NCBI GenBank assembly: GCA_036274575.1 | Contig: DASUFJ010000021.1 | Coordinates: 8,347 to 72,346, forward strand | Reading direction: 5' to 3' | Length of the DNA: 64,000 nucleotides | Origin: Candidatus Limnocylindria bacterium | GTDB taxonomy: Bacteria; Chloroflexota; Limnocylindria; QHBO01 | Part shown: one piece after another, positions 1 through 10,192 of the stretch | How positions within the stretch are numbered: the stretch's first letter is position 1 | Layout of the letters: every line of letters starts with the position of its first letter | The notes under the pieces: generated by a model | Database searches by the model: none | What the model was told of the DNA's origin: nothing | What the model saw: the letters and a program-made list of their open reading frames with translations, nothing else | Made by a program: the position numbers and the translations under genes

Positions 1-1200
1 GGCGAGGTCGCCCGCGGCCTCGAGAACCTCGAGTTCGCGACCGGCATCCCGCACCTGCTGAAGGGAAGCTTCAGCGAGCAGGTCTCGACCGGGATCGACG
101 TCTACCAGATCCGCCAGCCGCTGGGCGTGGTGGCCGGCATCACCCCCTTCAACTTCCCGGCCATGGTGCCGATGTGGATGTTCGCCAACGCCATCGCCTG
201 CGGCAACACGTTCGTGCTCAAGCCATCCGAGAAGGACCCGTCCGCATCGGTCTATCTGGGTGAGCTGCTGAAGGAGGCGGGTCTGCCAGACGGCGTCTTC
301 AACGTTGTCCATGGCGACAAGATCGCGGTGGATCGGATCCTCGAGCATCCGGACATCGCGGCCGTCAGCTTCGTCGGCTCCACGCCGATCGCCCGCTACA
401 TCTACGAGACGGGCACGAAGAACGGCAAGCGGGTCCAGGCGCTGGGCGGCGCCAAGAACCACATGATCGTGCTGCCCGACGCCGACATCGAGATGGCCGC
501 CGATGCCGCCGTGTCCGCCGCCTACGGCTCCGCCGGCGAGCGCTGCATGGCGATCAGCGTGGTAGTCGCGGTCGGCGATGTCGCCGATCCACTGGTCGCG
601 GCCATCGAGGAGCGGCTGCCGAAGATCAAGATCGGCCCGGGCAACGAGGACGGCTCCGAGATGGGTCCGCTCATCACCCGCGAGCACCGCGACAAGGTCG
701 CCGGATACGTCGAGCATGCCGCCGGCCACGGCGCGACTGTCCGAGCCGACGGTCGTCAGCACGTCCTCTACGACCAGGAGAAGGGCGGCTTCTTCCTCGG
801 CGTCTCCTTGCTCGACAACGTCACCCCCGACATGGAGTGCTACCAGAACGAGATCTTCGGTCCCGTGCTCGAGGTGGTCCGGACGCACGACTATCCGGAG
901 GCGCTGAAGATCGTCAACGACAACCAGTACGGCAACGGGACGGCGATCTTCACCCGCGATGGTGGGGCGGCGCGCCAGTACCAGTTCGACGTCAATGTCG
1001 GCATGGTCGGCATCAACGTGCCGATCCCGGTGCCGGTCGCGTACTACAGCTTCGGCGGCTGGAAGGCCTCGCTGTTCGGCGACCTCCACATGTACGGACC
1101 GGAGGGCATCCAGTTCTACACCCGCTCCAAGGTCGTCACAGCCCGCTGGCCGGACCCGGGCACCAGCTCGGTCGATCTCGGCTTCCCGCGCACCAGGTAG
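1..1200 (+). CDS. mmsA: CoA-acylating methylmalonate-semialdehyde dehydrogenase (ALDH family); 5' end cut by window edge
   Basis: Frame 1 is open from base 1 to the TAG at 1198-1200. Shows ALDH motifs [12 protein letters not shown] and VLKPSEKDP, the catalytic-Cys motif GERCMA, and the C-terminal [19 protein letters not shown] typical of MmsA. Confidence 0.9.
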   Translation, partial: GEVARGLENLEFATGIPHLLKGSFSEQVSTGIDVYQIRQPLGVVAGITPFNFPAMVPMWMFANAIACGNTFVLKPSEKDPSASVYLGELLKEAGLPDGVFNVVHGDKIAVDRILEHPDIAAVSFVGSTPIARYIYETGTKNGKRVQALGGAKNHMIVLPDADIEMAADAAVSAAYGSAGERCMAISVVVAVGDVADPLVAAIEERLPKIKIGPGNEDGSEMGPLITREHRDKVAGYVEHAAGHGATVRADGRQHVLYDQEKGGFFLGVSLLDNVTPDMECYQNEIFGPVLEVVRTHDYPEALKIVNDNQYGNGTAIFTRDGGAARQYQFDVNVGMVGINVPIPVPVAYYSFGGWKASLFGDLHMYGPEGIQFYTRSKVVTARWPDPGTSSVDLGFPRTR

Positions 1201-1262
1201 GGTTCGAGCACCGCCCGTCAGCTGCGTCGCGGGGTCCGAGCAACACACGGAGGAACGCTCAC

Positions 1263-1691
1263 ATGGCCCAGCGCATCGCGCGTCCGGTGCATCTCGTCGT
1301 CGCCGGGTTGCTCGTCGTCGGTCTGTTCATCCAGGTCTTCCTGGCCGGGATGGGGGTCTTCTCGTCGGCCACCGAGTTCGAGACGCATCGGCAGTTCGGC
1401 TACACGCTGACGGTCCTGCCGGTCATCCTGATCGTGACCTCGATCGTCGGACGCTTCGGGCGCTGGGAGGCCATCGCCGCGGCCGTCATGTTCGGCCAGT
1501 TCATCCTGCAGTCGGTCCTGGTCCTGATGCGCGACTCGACGCCGGAGGTCGCGGCGCTCCACCCGGTCAACGGCTTCCTGGTCCTGCTCATCGCGATCTG
1601 GCTGCTGCTCGATGCCTGGCGGGTCTTCAACCGGGCTCGCGTTCCCGAACCGGAGCACGCCGGAGCCGGGCACGAATCGACCGCCGGCTGA
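1263..1691 (+). CDS. hypothetical integral membrane protein (about 4 TM helices)
   Basis: ATG at 1263 lies inside ORF 837..1691. From MAQRIARP onward there are four hydrophobic segments (LVVAGLLVVGLFIQVFLAGMGVF, YTLTVLPVILIVTSIVG, AIAAAVMFGQFILQSVLVLM, FLVLLIAIWLLLDAW). The upstream part of the ORF is Arg-rich and overlaps mmsA. Confidence 0.65.
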   Translation: MAQRIARPVHLVVAGLLVVGLFIQVFLAGMGVFSSATEFETHRQFGYTLTVLPVILIVTSIVGRFGRWEAIAAAVMFGQFILQSVLVLMRDSTPEVAALHPVNGFLVLLIAIWLLLDAWRVFNRARVPEPEHAGAGHESTAG

Positions 1692-1714
1692 GGCCACCGC
1701 CCGGTGCTGGCACA

Positions 1715-2878
1715 ATGGCCGGCACCATGACCGATCGTATCGAGACGCTCGTCGTGCACGCCGGCGCCGAGCCGGACCCACAGACGGGGGCCGTCGTGCC
1801 ACCCATCCACATGAGCGCGACGTTCAAGCAGGACGGCGTCGGGGGGCTTCGAGGCGGGTTCGAGTACGGGCGCTCCGGCAACCCGACCCGGCAGGCGCTG
1901 GAGGAGACGATCGCCGTCCTCGAGGGCGGGACCCACGGCATCGCCTATGCGTCGGGACTGGCCGCCTCGCAGAATCTCCTCTACCTGCTCGACAGCGGCG
2001 ACCGCCTCCTGATGAGCGACGACGTGTACGGCGGGACGTGGCGGCTGGCCGACAAGGTCTGGCGCCGCTATGGGATCCAGACCGACGCGGTGGACCTCAC
2101 CGATCTGGATGCCGTGGCCGCCGCGTTCGAGGCCCAGCCAGCGCCGCGCATGGTGTGGATCGAGACGCCGACCAACCCGCACCTCAAGCTCGTCGACATC
2201 AGCGCCGTGGCGCGGCTGGCGGCCGTGGCCGGCGCCATCACTGTCGTCGACAACACCTTCGCCACGCCGTACCTGCAGCGGCCACTGGACCTCGGTGCCG
2301 ACTTCACGCTCCACTCGGCGACGAAGTACCTCGGCGGCCACTCCGACGTGATCGGTGGGCTGGTGGCCACGAGGTCGGATGAGCTTGCGGAGCGGCTGCG
2401 CTTCCACCAGAACGCTGCGGGTGCCGTGCCGAGCCCATTCGACTGCTTCCTCATCATCCGCGGCATTCGCACCCTCGCGCTGCGGATGGAGCGCTCGAGC
2501 GCCAATGCGCTGGTGCTCGCCCTCTGGCTGTGCGAGCGGCCCGAGGTCGAGCGCGTGAACTACCCGGGACTGCCGGACCATCCGCAGGCCGATCTCGTCG
2601 CGCGCCAGATGCGGCTTCCCGGCGCCATGCTCAGCTTCGAGATGCACAGCGAGGAGGCAGCGCGGGCGCTCGTGGCCAGCACGCGCCTCTTCACCCTCGC
2701 AGAGTCGCTGGGTGCCGTCGAGTCGCTGGTCGAGCTGCCGGCGCCCATGACTCACGCCTCGGTCGCGGAGTCGACCCTGGCCGTGTCGCCGACGCTGGTG
2801 CGGCTGTCGGTCGGCATCGAGGCCGTGGATGACCTGCGCGCCGATCTCGAGGCAGCCTTCGGCGCATCCGGATCGTGA
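1715..2878 (+). CDS. Cys/Met-metabolism PLP-dependent enzyme (cystathionine gamma-synthase/gamma-lyase type)
   Basis: In-frame ATGs at 1715 and 1727 within ORF 959..2878. Motifs: TLVVHAG, YGRSGNPTR, and the PLP-lysine motif HSATKYLGGHSD. The C-terminal LVRLSVGIE is typical of the family. Confidence 0.9.
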   Translation: MAGTMTDRIETLVVHAGAEPDPQTGAVVPPIHMSATFKQDGVGGLRGGFEYGRSGNPTRQALEETIAVLEGGTHGIAYASGLAASQNLLYLLDSGDRLLMSDDVYGGTWRLADKVWRRYGIQTDAVDLTDLDAVAAAFEAQPAPRMVWIETPTNPHLKLVDISAVARLAAVAGAITVVDNTFATPYLQRPLDLGADFTLHSATKYLGGHSDVIGGLVATRSDELAERLRFHQNAAGAVPSPFDCFLIIRGIRTLALRMERSSANALVLALWLCERPEVERVNYPGLPDHPQADLVARQMRLPGAMLSFEMHSEEAARALVASTRLFTLAESLGAVESLVELPAPMTHASVAESTLAVSPTLVRLSVGIEAVDDLRADLEAAFGASGS

Positions 2879-3402
2879 CCGTCGAGCGTCCGCGCGAGGA
2901 CGGCCCCACCGAGGTCGTCGAGACGGAGGAGGGCGAGCTCGTCGAGCGGCTGTCGGGTGGAACGGCAACCCTGCTGCTGACCTGGCTCATCGGCGTCGGT
3001 GCCCTGACGACCCTGCTGGCGGCCTGGATCTATGTCTGGCTCGTGACCGGCGATCGGCTTGGCATCGGCGCGCTGTTCGGTGGCTTCGGGGTCTACACCG
3101 CCGTGGCGGGGGCTGCGGGGCCGTGCGTCCTGTGGCTCACCGGCCGCGCGCAGAACCACGGTCTCGGCTGGTTCCTCGTCACCTCCGCCAAGATCGCGCT
3201 GGTCATGGTCGGCATCGTCCTGCTCTTCATCCTGCTCGCGGTGGTCGTCATGGCAGGCGCCCTCCCCGGCGTGCCGGCCATCCTCGCGGCGCTGCTCATG
3301 GCCGTTGTGGCCATCCCGCTCAGCGCGCTCTGGGCGGTGGCGACGTGGGCCGCGGACCGATGGATCGCGCGCGCCAGGCTCGACGAGTCGGTGCCGCGCT
3401 AG
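2875..3402 (+). CDS. hypothetical membrane protein
   Basis: The GTG start overlaps the previous TGA (GTGA). Acidic N-terminus followed by 4-5 hydrophobic helices. No recognisable family. Confidence 0.6.
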   Translation: MTVERPREDGPTEVVETEEGELVERLSGGTATLLLTWLIGVGALTTLLAAWIYVWLVTGDRLGIGALFGGFGVYTAVAGAAGPCVLWLTGRAQNHGLGWFLVTSAKIALVMVGIVLLFILLAVVVMAGALPGVPAILAALLMAVVAIPLSALWAVATWAADRWIARARLDESVPR

Positions 3403-4163
3403 ATGTCGTAGCTCTTCGCCGGCTCCGCGATCGCGACGTCACCGCCGTAGGCCTCCGCTGCCAGGTTGGTGGCCCACGAGCCGTCGCCGTTCACCGGCAT
3501 GTGGGTCAGCAGCAGCCGGCGGGCCCCCCCGTCGCGGGCAGCGGCCCCCGCCTCGCCGGGCGTGAGGTGACCCCGCGGCTCGGGCGGCGCGGCGTCCTCC
3601 TCGAGCGATCGCAGGGTCGCCTCGCTCAGCAGCAGGTCGGCGCCCGAGGCGATGACGCCCAGGTTCTCGCACGGTGCGGTATCGGCGGTATAGGCGAGGA
3701 GCCGTCCGTCGCCCTCGATCCGGAAGCCCCAGCAGGGTATGTAGTGCTGCGTCGCGATCGGTGTCAACGACAGCTCGCCGAAGCTGAACGGGCTGCTGCC
3801 GTCGTGCTCGGAGAGGCGGAAGCAGTCCTCGAAGTGGCGGGGGTTGCCCACGCCCTTGGCGAGGTCGAGCATCTGGTCCGCGGACCCCGGCGGCATGATG
3901 ACACGCAGCTTTTCGTCCTCGGGCAGCGCGCGCCACGGGTAGACGTAGCGCAACGTGACGAGGTCGAGCATGTGGTCGGCGTGCATGTGGCTCACCACGA
4001 TGGCGTCGAGCTCGCTGGGATGGTGTCGGCGTACGAGCTGCGAGACGACGCCCGGCCCGACGTCCACCAGGATGCGCGCCCCGCCGCCCTCCACCAGGTA
4101 GCCGGCGCACGCCTCGGTCGGGTTGGGCGACGCCGGCGAGCGGCCCATGATGCTGAGCCGCAT
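3399..4163 (-). CDS. MBL-fold metallo-hydrolase
   Basis: Start MRLSIMGRS is the ATG at 4163-4161, found by counting residue 145 of ORF 3399..4595. Contains the HxHxDH motif (VSHMHADHMLD). Its start overlaps the gltA stop (ATGA). Confidence 0.85.
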   Translation of the reverse strand: MRLSIMGRSPASPNPTEACAGYLVEGGGARILVDVGPGVVSQLVRRHHPSELDAIVVSHMHADHMLDLVTLRYVYPWRALPEDEKLRVIMPPGSADQMLDLAKGVGNPRHFEDCFRLSEHDGSSPFSFGELSLTPIATQHYIPCWGFRIEGDGRLLAYTADTAPCENLGVIASGADLLLSEATLRSLEEDAAPPEPRGHLTPGEAGAAARDGGARRLLLTHMPVNGDGSWATNLAAEAYGGDVAIAEPAKSYDI

Positions 4164-5476
4164 CAGGCGGATCGCCGCTCGATGGAGACGTAGTCGCGCG
4201 CGGCCTGGCCGACGTACACCTGGCGCGGCCGCCCGATCTTCGTCTCCGGCGACTCGATCATCTCCTTCCACTGCGCGATCCAGCCCGGCAGGCGGCCGAT
4301 GGCGAAGCAGTTGGTGAACATGTTCTTGGGGAAGCCGATAGCGCGGTAGATGAGGCCGGAGTAGAAGTCGACGTTCGGGTAGAGCTTGCGCTCCACGAAG
4401 TACTCGTCGTGCAAGGCCACCTCCTCCAGCCGTTGGGCGACCTCGAACAGCCGATCGTCGGCCCCGGTTGCCGCAAGGACACGGTCCGCCGCCTTCTTGA
4501 TGATCGTGGCCCGGGGATCGAAATTCTTGTAGACGCGGTGCCCGAAGCCGGCGAGGCGGAAGCTGTCGTCCGGATCCTTGGCGCGGTCGACCCACTTCTG
4601 GACGTCCCCCCCGTCAGCGGCGATGCGCTGGAGGGTGTTGATGACCGCCTCGTTGGCGCCGCCGTGCAGCGGGCCCCACAGGGCGCTGATGCCGGCGCTG
4701 ATGGAGGCATACAGGTTGACGTGTGTGCTGCCGACCAGGCGCACCGTGGAGGCGGACGCGTTCTGCTCGTGATCGGCGTGGAGGATGAGGAGCAGGTCGA
4801 GCGCCTCGGCCACGCCCGCATCGACCTCGTAGTCCTCGGTCGGGACGGCGAACATCATGTGCAGCAGGTTCGCGGCGTAGCCGAGGTCGTTCCGGGGGTA
4901 GACGTAGGGCTGGCCGATCGCCTTCTTGAACGACCAGGCGGCCAGGGTCGGGAGCTTGGCGATGAGCCGGTTGATCGTGACCTCGACCGCATCGGCGTCG
5001 AAGATGTTCTGGCTGTCGGGGTAGAAGGTGCTCATGCCGACGACGCCGGAGGCGAGGACGGCCATGGGGTGGGCATCGGTCGGGAAGGAGTCGAAGAAGT
5101 GCCGCATCTCCTCCCGGATGAGGGTGTGGTGCACGACCTCGGAGACGAACCCATCCAGCTGCTCCTGGGTCGGCAGCTCGCCCCAGATGAGGAGATAGGC
5201 CACTTCCAGGAACGTCGAGTGCTCGGCCAGCTGCTCGATCGGATAGCCGCGGTAGCGGAGGATGCCCTCCTCGCCGTCGAGGAAGGTGATGGCGCTCGTC
5301 GCGGCACCGGTGTTCCCGTACCCCGGATCAAGGGTGATGAGGCCGGTCTCGGGTCGGAGCTTGCCGATGTCGATGGCGTCGTCGCCGTCACTGCCCCGGA
5401 CGATCGGCAGCGAGATCTCCTCGTCGCCGATGCGGAGCGTCGCGGCGTCCGTCGTCGCCGGCGACCTGGTGGTCAC
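4163..5476 (-). CDS. gltA: citrate synthase
   Basis: 437 aa with [32 protein letters not shown] and NVDFYSG motifs. The GTG start overlaps the mdh stop (GTGA). Confidence 0.95.
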   Translation of the reverse strand: MTTRSPATTDAATLRIGDEEISLPIVRGSDGDDAIDIGKLRPETGLITLDPGYGNTGAATSAITFLDGEEGILRYRGYPIEQLAEHSTFLEVAYLLIWGELPTQEQLDGFVSEVVHHTLIREEMRHFFDSFPTDAHPMAVLASGVVGMSTFYPDSQNIFDADAVEVTINRLIAKLPTLAAWSFKKAIGQPYVYPRNDLGYAANLLHMMFAVPTEDYEVDAGVAEALDLLLILHADHEQNASASTVRLVGSTHVNLYASISAGISALWGPLHGGANEAVINTLQRIAADGGDVQKWVDRAKDPDDSFRLAGFGHRVYKNFDPRATIIKKAADRVLAATGADDRLFEVAQRLEEVALHDEYFVERKLYPNVDFYSGLIYRAIGFPKNMFTNCFAIGRLPGWIAQWKEMIESPETKIGRPRQVYVGQAARDYVSIERRSA

Positions 5477-6465
5477 CCGAGGAGCTCCTCGACCGCCGCA
5501 CGCTCCTCCAGCAGCTCGTTCGTCGTGGCCTCGATCTTCTGCCGCGCGAACTTGCCGTGCTCGATGCCCTCGACGATCTCGACGCCACCGGCCGTGCTGC
5601 GCAGCGGGTAGCCGAAGACGAGGCCCTCGGGCACGCCGTACCCGCCGTCGGTGGGCGCCGGGATGGCCGACGAGAACTGGTGGCCGTCGGCGTCGACGAT
5701 GCTGCGGACGGTGTCGACGACCGCGTTGGCGGCGCTGGCCGCGGAGCTCTGGCCGCGAGCCTTGATGATCGCCGCTCCGCGCTGCTGGACGGTCGATATG
5801 AATTCGTCCTCGAGCCAGCCGTCGTCACCGATGACCTCGGGCGCCGGCCGCCCACCGATCGAGGCATGCCATGCGTCGGGAAACTGCGTCGACGAGTGGT
5901 TGCCCCAGATGGCGAGGTCGGTCACATCGCGCACGTGGACCCCGGCCTTCTGCGCCAGCTGCGTCCGTCCGCGCTTCTCGTCGAGCATGGTCATGGCGAA
6001 CCACCGGTCCCTGGGCATCCCCTCGCGGGCAGCCGCCGTCGACCCGATGAGCGCGTTGGTGTTGCACGGGTTGCCGACGACCAGGACCCGGCAGTCGCCA
6101 GCGGCCCTGCGCGCGATGGATTCACCCTGGCCGGTGAAGATCCCGCCGTTGATGCTCAGCAGGTCCTTGCGCTCCATCCCCTCCCTGCGCGGCACCGCCC
6201 CGACCAGCAGCGCCCAGTTCGCCCCATCGAACGCCTCGCCGGTGTCCGAGGTGCAGACGATCCCATCGAGCAGCGGGAAGGCGCAGTCCTCCAGCTCCAT
6301 CCGCACGCCGTCGAGTGCCGGCAGCGCGGCCTCCAGCTCCAGGAGCTGGAGCGTGACCCGCGTGTCGGGACCGAACGCCTGCCCCGAGGCGATGCGGAAA
6401 AGGAGCGCATAGCCGATCTGGCCGGCGGCACCGGTTACGGCAACGCGAAGGCTTGGATCGGCCAT
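5473..6465 (-). CDS. mdh: malate dehydrogenase (long, LDH-unlike type)
   Basis: 330 aa. N-terminal Rossmann motif [14 protein letters not shown]; also [12 protein letters not shown] and [12 protein letters not shown]. Confidence 0.95.
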   Translation of the reverse strand: MADPSLRVAVTGAAGQIGYALLFRIASGQAFGPDTRVTLQLLELEAALPALDGVRMELEDCAFPLLDGIVCTSDTGEAFDGANWALLVGAVPRREGMERKDLLSINGGIFTGQGESIARRAAGDCRVLVVGNPCNTNALIGSTAAAREGMPRDRWFAMTMLDEKRGRTQLAQKAGVHVRDVTDLAIWGNHSSTQFPDAWHASIGGRPAPEVIGDDGWLEDEFISTVQQRGAAIIKARGQSSAASAANAVVDTVRSIVDADGHQFSSAIPAPTDGGYGVPEGLVFGYPLRSTAGGVEIVEGIEHGKFARQKIEATTNELLEERAAVEELLG

Positions 6466-6519
6466 CGGTCTCCTTGGGGATGCGGGTCTGCCCGAGTGTA
6501 GCGGGCACCTCCCGGCGCG

Positions 6520-7041
6520 TCAGTCACTCTCGGGTTCGGTCCGCGTCCGCGCCCATTCGACCAGTGCCGCGGCCATGGAGCCGAAGGCGATCCGCGGCAG
6601 CCATTGGCCGAGCTCCGAGCGCGGCACCCAGGCGTGGTCGCTCGACTCGGCATCGAGGCGGACCGGGGCATCTGCGCGGATCGCGCGGCCGCGAAACACC
6701 GCCGTCACCGCGTTCGCGGGGGCCGAGTGATAGAGGCCGTTGAGCCCGATCAGCGTGACTTCGATGCCCGACTCCTCGAGCGTCTCGCGCCGCGCGGCCA
6801 TCTCGAACGACTCACCGGGGTCGAGGTACCCCGCCGGCAGGTCCCAGTCGCCGAATCCCGGCTCGACCGCGCGCTTCAGGAGGAGGACCGATGGCTCGGC
6901 GTCCGCCTCGCCCTGGCGCTCCAGCAGCACCGCCGCGGCGGGTCGTGGGTTGGCGTACCAGCGCCACCCGCAGCGGTCGCAGGTGAGCGGCTGCTCGTCG
7001 CCGGTGGCGCAATGCGGGCAGGCGGGGACGCTCCGGCTCAT
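6520..7041 (-). CDS. NUDIX hydrolase with N-terminal zinc ribbon
   Basis: Two CxxC pairs at the N-terminus (CPHCATG...CDRCG). Nudix box GYLDPGESFEMAARRETLEESG. Confidence 0.85.
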   Translation of the reverse strand: MSRSVPACPHCATGDEQPLTCDRCGWRWYANPRPAAAVLLERQGEADAEPSVLLLKRAVEPGFGDWDLPAGYLDPGESFEMAARRETLEESGIEVTLIGLNGLYHSAPANAVTAVFRGRAIRADAPVRLDAESSDHAWVPRSELGQWLPRIAFGSMAAALVEWARTRTEPESD

Positions 7042-7065
7042 CCGCGGCAGGGTATCAGCGGGTCA

Positions 7066-7096
7066 ATGTCCACCACTGTGGATAACCTGTGGAAAA
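7066..7096. promoter_or_regulatory. cluster of three DnaA-box-like 9-mers upstream of the NUDIX gene
   Basis: ATGTCCACC (7066-7074), TGTGGATAA (7077-7085, the exact complement of the TTATCCACA consensus) and TGTGGAAAA (7088-7096, one mismatch). The last two are direct repeats 11 bp apart. The cluster lies 25-55 bp upstream of the start at 7041. Confidence 0.35.
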
Positions 7097-7266
7097 GCCT
7101 CGGGGGCGGCGCGAGACTCGTGGAGAACCGGGATTGCGTCGCCGATTCGGCGGCGCCTATGCTGCCGTCGTCCCGAAGGGGCAGCCAACAGCACCGGCGA
7201 TTGCATCAAAGGTCTGGCGGCGGTTCCTTCGGGACATTTCGTTGCCCCGAATCTCGCCGGAACCCG

Positions 7267-7974
7267 CTAGCGGTCGAGATCGCGCTGGAGGCGCCTGACG
7301 ACCTCCGCCGTCTCGTCGTCAGGGCCGTGGCCGGGCTCGGAGGCCGGCCCGGCGAACGTCCCGAACTGACGGTCGCCCGCATCGCCCAGGCCGGGAACGA
7401 TGTAGCCCCGCTCGTTGAGATGCGAGTCGAGGGCCGCGACGTGGATGTCGACGTCGGGATGGGCGCTGCCCAGCGTCTGGACGCCCTCGGGCGCCGCGAT
7501 GAGGGAGACCTGCTTGATCCGCGCCGCTCCCCATGCCTTGAGGATGTCGACCGTCGCGGCTGACGAGCCGCCAGTGGCGAGCATCGGGTCCAGGATGAGG
7601 CAGACCTGGACGGTCGCCGCGTCAGGCAGCTTGTTGTAGTACTCGACCGGCTTCAGGGTGCGCTCGTCGCGGTAGAGGCCGATGTGCCAGACCTCGGCGG
7701 TCGGGATCAGCTCGAGCATGGCCTCGACCATCCCGAGCCCCGCGCGCAGAACGGGCACGAGGCCGACACGCGGCTCGACCTCCGCGCCCGGCGTCGCTTC
7801 CAGCGGCGTCTCCACCGTGCGCTCGCGCGTCGCGAGGTCGGCCATGGCCTCGTACCCGAGGAGCCACGTCAGCTCGCGCACGAGCTCGCGGAACTTCTTC
7901 GGCTCCGTGGTCTTGTCGCGCAGGATCGCCAACTTGTGCGCAACCAGCGGGTGGCTGCTGACATGGAGCGGCAT
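7267..7974 (-). CDS. upp: uracil phosphoribosyltransferase
   Basis: Start [10 protein letters not shown] is the ATG at 7974-7972, by residue counting in ORF 7267..8745. Contains the PRPP motif [13 protein letters not shown] and [15 protein letters not shown]. The upstream extension of the ORF is antisense to the MFS gene. Confidence 0.93.
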   Translation of the reverse strand: MPLHVSSHPLVAHKLAILRDKTTEPKKFRELVRELTWLLGYEAMADLATRERTVETPLEATPGAEVEPRVGLVPVLRAGLGMVEAMLELIPTAEVWHIGLYRDERTLKPVEYYNKLPDAATVQVCLILDPMLATGGSSAATVDILKAWGAARIKQVSLIAAPEGVQTLGSAHPDVDIHVAALDSHLNERGYIVPGLGDAGDRQFGTFAGPASEPGHGPDDETAEVVRRLQRDLDR

Positions 7975-8028
7975 CGCGGCCGATTCTAGTCGCGACCCCC
8001 GACCCGCGGCGCTGCGCACAATGCACCG

Positions 8029-9159
8029 ATGCGTCCGCCCCAGCTTCCCCTCGCCTTCGCGGTATTCGGCGCGGTGTGGGGAGCGTGGCAGGCGGCGCTC
8101 CCCGACCTGGCGTCGCACTACGGCCTCTCGAGCGGACCGCTGGGCCTCATCCTGACCGCCGCCTTCGCCGTCTCGCTGCCGGCCATGCTCGTCACGGGAC
8201 GGCTCACCGACCGTATCGGCGCGGGCTGGGCGATCGGACTCTGCGCGGCGGCCATGGCCCTCGGCCTGCTGTTGGTCGGCCTCCTGCCCGGCATGCCGCT
8301 GTTCGTCGCGGCGGTCGTCCTGTTCGTGACCGGCAGCGGCTCGTACGACGTCGCCATCAACGGTGCCGCAATGGGCAGCGGCCGCTGGAGCGGCCCGGCC
8401 TCGCTGACGCTGCTGCACGCCGGATTCAGCGGCGGCGGCGCGCTCGGCGCCGTCGCGGCGGGCCTCGTCCTCGGCGCCGGAACCCCGTTCGCGCTCGTCT
8501 ACCCCGCGGCGGCCGTGTCGCTGGCGGCGGCCGTGGCGCTCGTCGTGCGTGGCCGCTGGCCGGCCCCACCGGGCGCTCAGGGCCGGGTTCCGCGCGCCGT
8601 CGTCATGGCGTTGCTGCCGCTGGCGGGCCTCGCCGGTCTCGCCTTCCTGATCGAGGGCTCCATGGAAAGCTGGTCGGCCATCTACCTGCGCGAGGTCCTC
8701 GGCGCGGCCGCCTTCGTGGGTGCGTTGGGCCCTGCCTCCTTCCACGCGGCCATGTTCACGGGACGGCTCGTCGGTGCCGCAATCGCGGCACGGCTGGGCA
8801 GGGCCACGACCGTCCTCGTGGCGGGCTCGATGATCGTTGCCGGCATGGCGGTCGCGCTGCTGGTCAGCTCACCGGCTCCGGCGGTCGCCGGCATGGCGGT
8901 GGCCGCGCTGGGGGCCTCATTCGTCGTGCCGGTCGTGGTCAGCCTCGCGGCCGTCCGCGCCGGATCGCACGCCGGGCGCGCCGCGTCGTACGTGCTGACG
9001 CTCGGCTATGCCGGCTTCCTCATCGGTCCCTCGCTCATCGGCATCCTGGGCGAGGTGGCCGGCCTGCGCGTCGCACTCGCCGTCGTTCCCGCCGCCGCGG
9101 CGGTCATCGCGATCGCGTCGCGCTCGCGCCATGTGGCGGGAGCGGATGTGCCGGCCTGA
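8029..9159 (+). CDS. MFS transporter
   Basis: 376 aa with about 12 hydrophobic helices and an MFS-like loop ([11 protein letters not shown]). Confidence 0.8.
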   Translation: MRPPQLPLAFAVFGAVWGAWQAALPDLASHYGLSSGPLGLILTAAFAVSLPAMLVTGRLTDRIGAGWAIGLCAAAMALGLLLVGLLPGMPLFVAAVVLFVTGSGSYDVAINGAAMGSGRWSGPASLTLLHAGFSGGGALGAVAAGLVLGAGTPFALVYPAAAVSLAAAVALVVRGRWPAPPGAQGRVPRAVVMALLPLAGLAGLAFLIEGSMESWSAIYLREVLGAAAFVGALGPASFHAAMFTGRLVGAAIAARLGRATTVLVAGSMIVAGMAVALLVSSPAPAVAGMAVAALGASFVVPVVVSLAAVRAGSHAGRAASYVLTLGYAGFLIGPSLIGILGEVAGLRVALAVVPAAAAVIAIASRSRHVAGADVPA

Positions 9160-9523
9160 TGACCCCACACTCTGGTGCACGTGGGCGGCCTCACGGCCGC
9201 CGATTGGCGATCCTTTCCAGTTACCAACCCCCGGGTCGGTCACGGAAGGCGAATCGACCCCGCGATCGCACACGCGCCGAGATCTGAGCTTGGCGACAGC
9301 CAGCACGTCGCCCGCTGTGCGCGCCGCGGCCGTCATGGCCGATCGTGGTTGGCAGTTGGCAGAGCCTGGCGCGGATGCGCTGGTACGCAGTCTGCGGCCA
9401 GGAGGGGGATCTACCTCCTTCGGCGGCATGCTGGTAGGCTATCGGTCCTGCACGCACACCTGAACATGCAACGGACCGTGCCCAGACCGTCGCCGGAGCC
9501 GTACCTGAGGAGGTTAGGAGAGC

Positions 9524-10174
9524 ATGGTCTTCGGATCGAAGCGTGAAACCAAGCCGGACAGTCTCTCGCGCGAGGACGTCGTCGGAAACCTGTATCCGGA
9601 TAGCCTGACGAGTGAGGTCGATGTGGCACAGCCAGCTAGCGAGTTCCCACGCGGCAGTGATCGGGGCAACGAGTCGGTGATCGATCCCCACGCACGCTTC
9701 AACGGCAAGTACGTCAGCGACCGTGACCTCCGCATCGAGGGTGAGGCGCAGGGCGAAATCGAGTGCCAGGGGACGCTGATCATCAGCCCGCAGGCCCGGG
9801 TGCGCAGCGCCATCAAGGCGCACAACGTCATCGTCAGCGGGGACTACGAGGGCGACGTCGACTGCGGTGGACGCTTCGAGATCGGCTCCACCGGCCGGGT
9901 CAAGGGCAACATCAAGACCCAGGTCCTTGTCGTCAAGGAAGGCGCCCATTGGGAGGGCGGCGTGACCATGACCCGCGAGCCCGGCGCGCGCCCGACCGCT
10001 CCGGCGCCCGGCGCATCGGGAACGGGGGCGTCCGGCTCACAGCCGTCACCGCGCTCCGGCGGAAACGCCCAGGGCGGTGGCAGCATCTTCAGCAAGGGCG
10101 AGCGCGAGCCGGCGGCCGCCGGCGCCGAGCAGCGCGAGGGGCAGCCTGCCGGCCAGGGTGGCGGAGGCCAGTAG
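9524..10174 (+). CDS. bactofilin-family polymer-forming protein with Gly/Pro/Ala-rich tail
   Basis: GAGGAGG Shine-Dalgarno upstream of the ATG. Beta-helical repeat core (LRIEGEAQGEIECQGTLIISPQARVRSAIKAHNVIVSGDYEGDVDCGGRFEIGSTGRVKGNIKTQVLVVKEGAHWEG) followed by a disordered C-terminus. Confidence 0.8.
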   Translation: MVFGSKRETKPDSLSREDVVGNLYPDSLTSEVDVAQPASEFPRGSDRGNESVIDPHARFNGKYVSDRDLRIEGEAQGEIECQGTLIISPQARVRSAIKAHNVIVSGDYEGDVDCGGRFEIGSTGRVKGNIKTQVLVVKEGAHWEGGVTMTREPGARPTAPAPGASGTGASGSQPSPRSGGNAQGGGSIFSKGEREPAAAGAEQREGQPAGQGGGGQ

Positions 10175-10192
10175 GCTCTCCGACACCCGTCC

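Noticed and set aside
7042-7266. Chromosomal replication origin, because of the DnaA boxes.
   Set aside because: Only three boxes are present, with no AT-rich unwinding element and no dnaA, dnaN or parAB nearby. I kept it as a possible regulatory or titration site instead.
7975-8745. Upstream extension that makes the upp ORF 492 aa (and likewise 15241..16302 for the 157-aa gene, 34919..35452 for the membrane protein).
   Set aside because: The extensions overlap the MFS, gltX and GAF-kinase genes on the other strand and look non-coding. Internal ATGs with SD-like sequences give proteins of the expected family length.
9160-9523. A 364-bp, less GC-rich region upstream of the bactofilin gene that might hold a structured RNA. 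It contains hairpins with C-rich loops, e.g. GCGAATCG-ACCCC-GCGATCGC near 9249-9270.
   Set aside because: I could not match it to any riboswitch or sRNA consensus I know. The hairpins are short and imperfect, and the only ORF (9175..9546) is Arg-rich junk. It needs a covariance-model scan before anything can be claimed.
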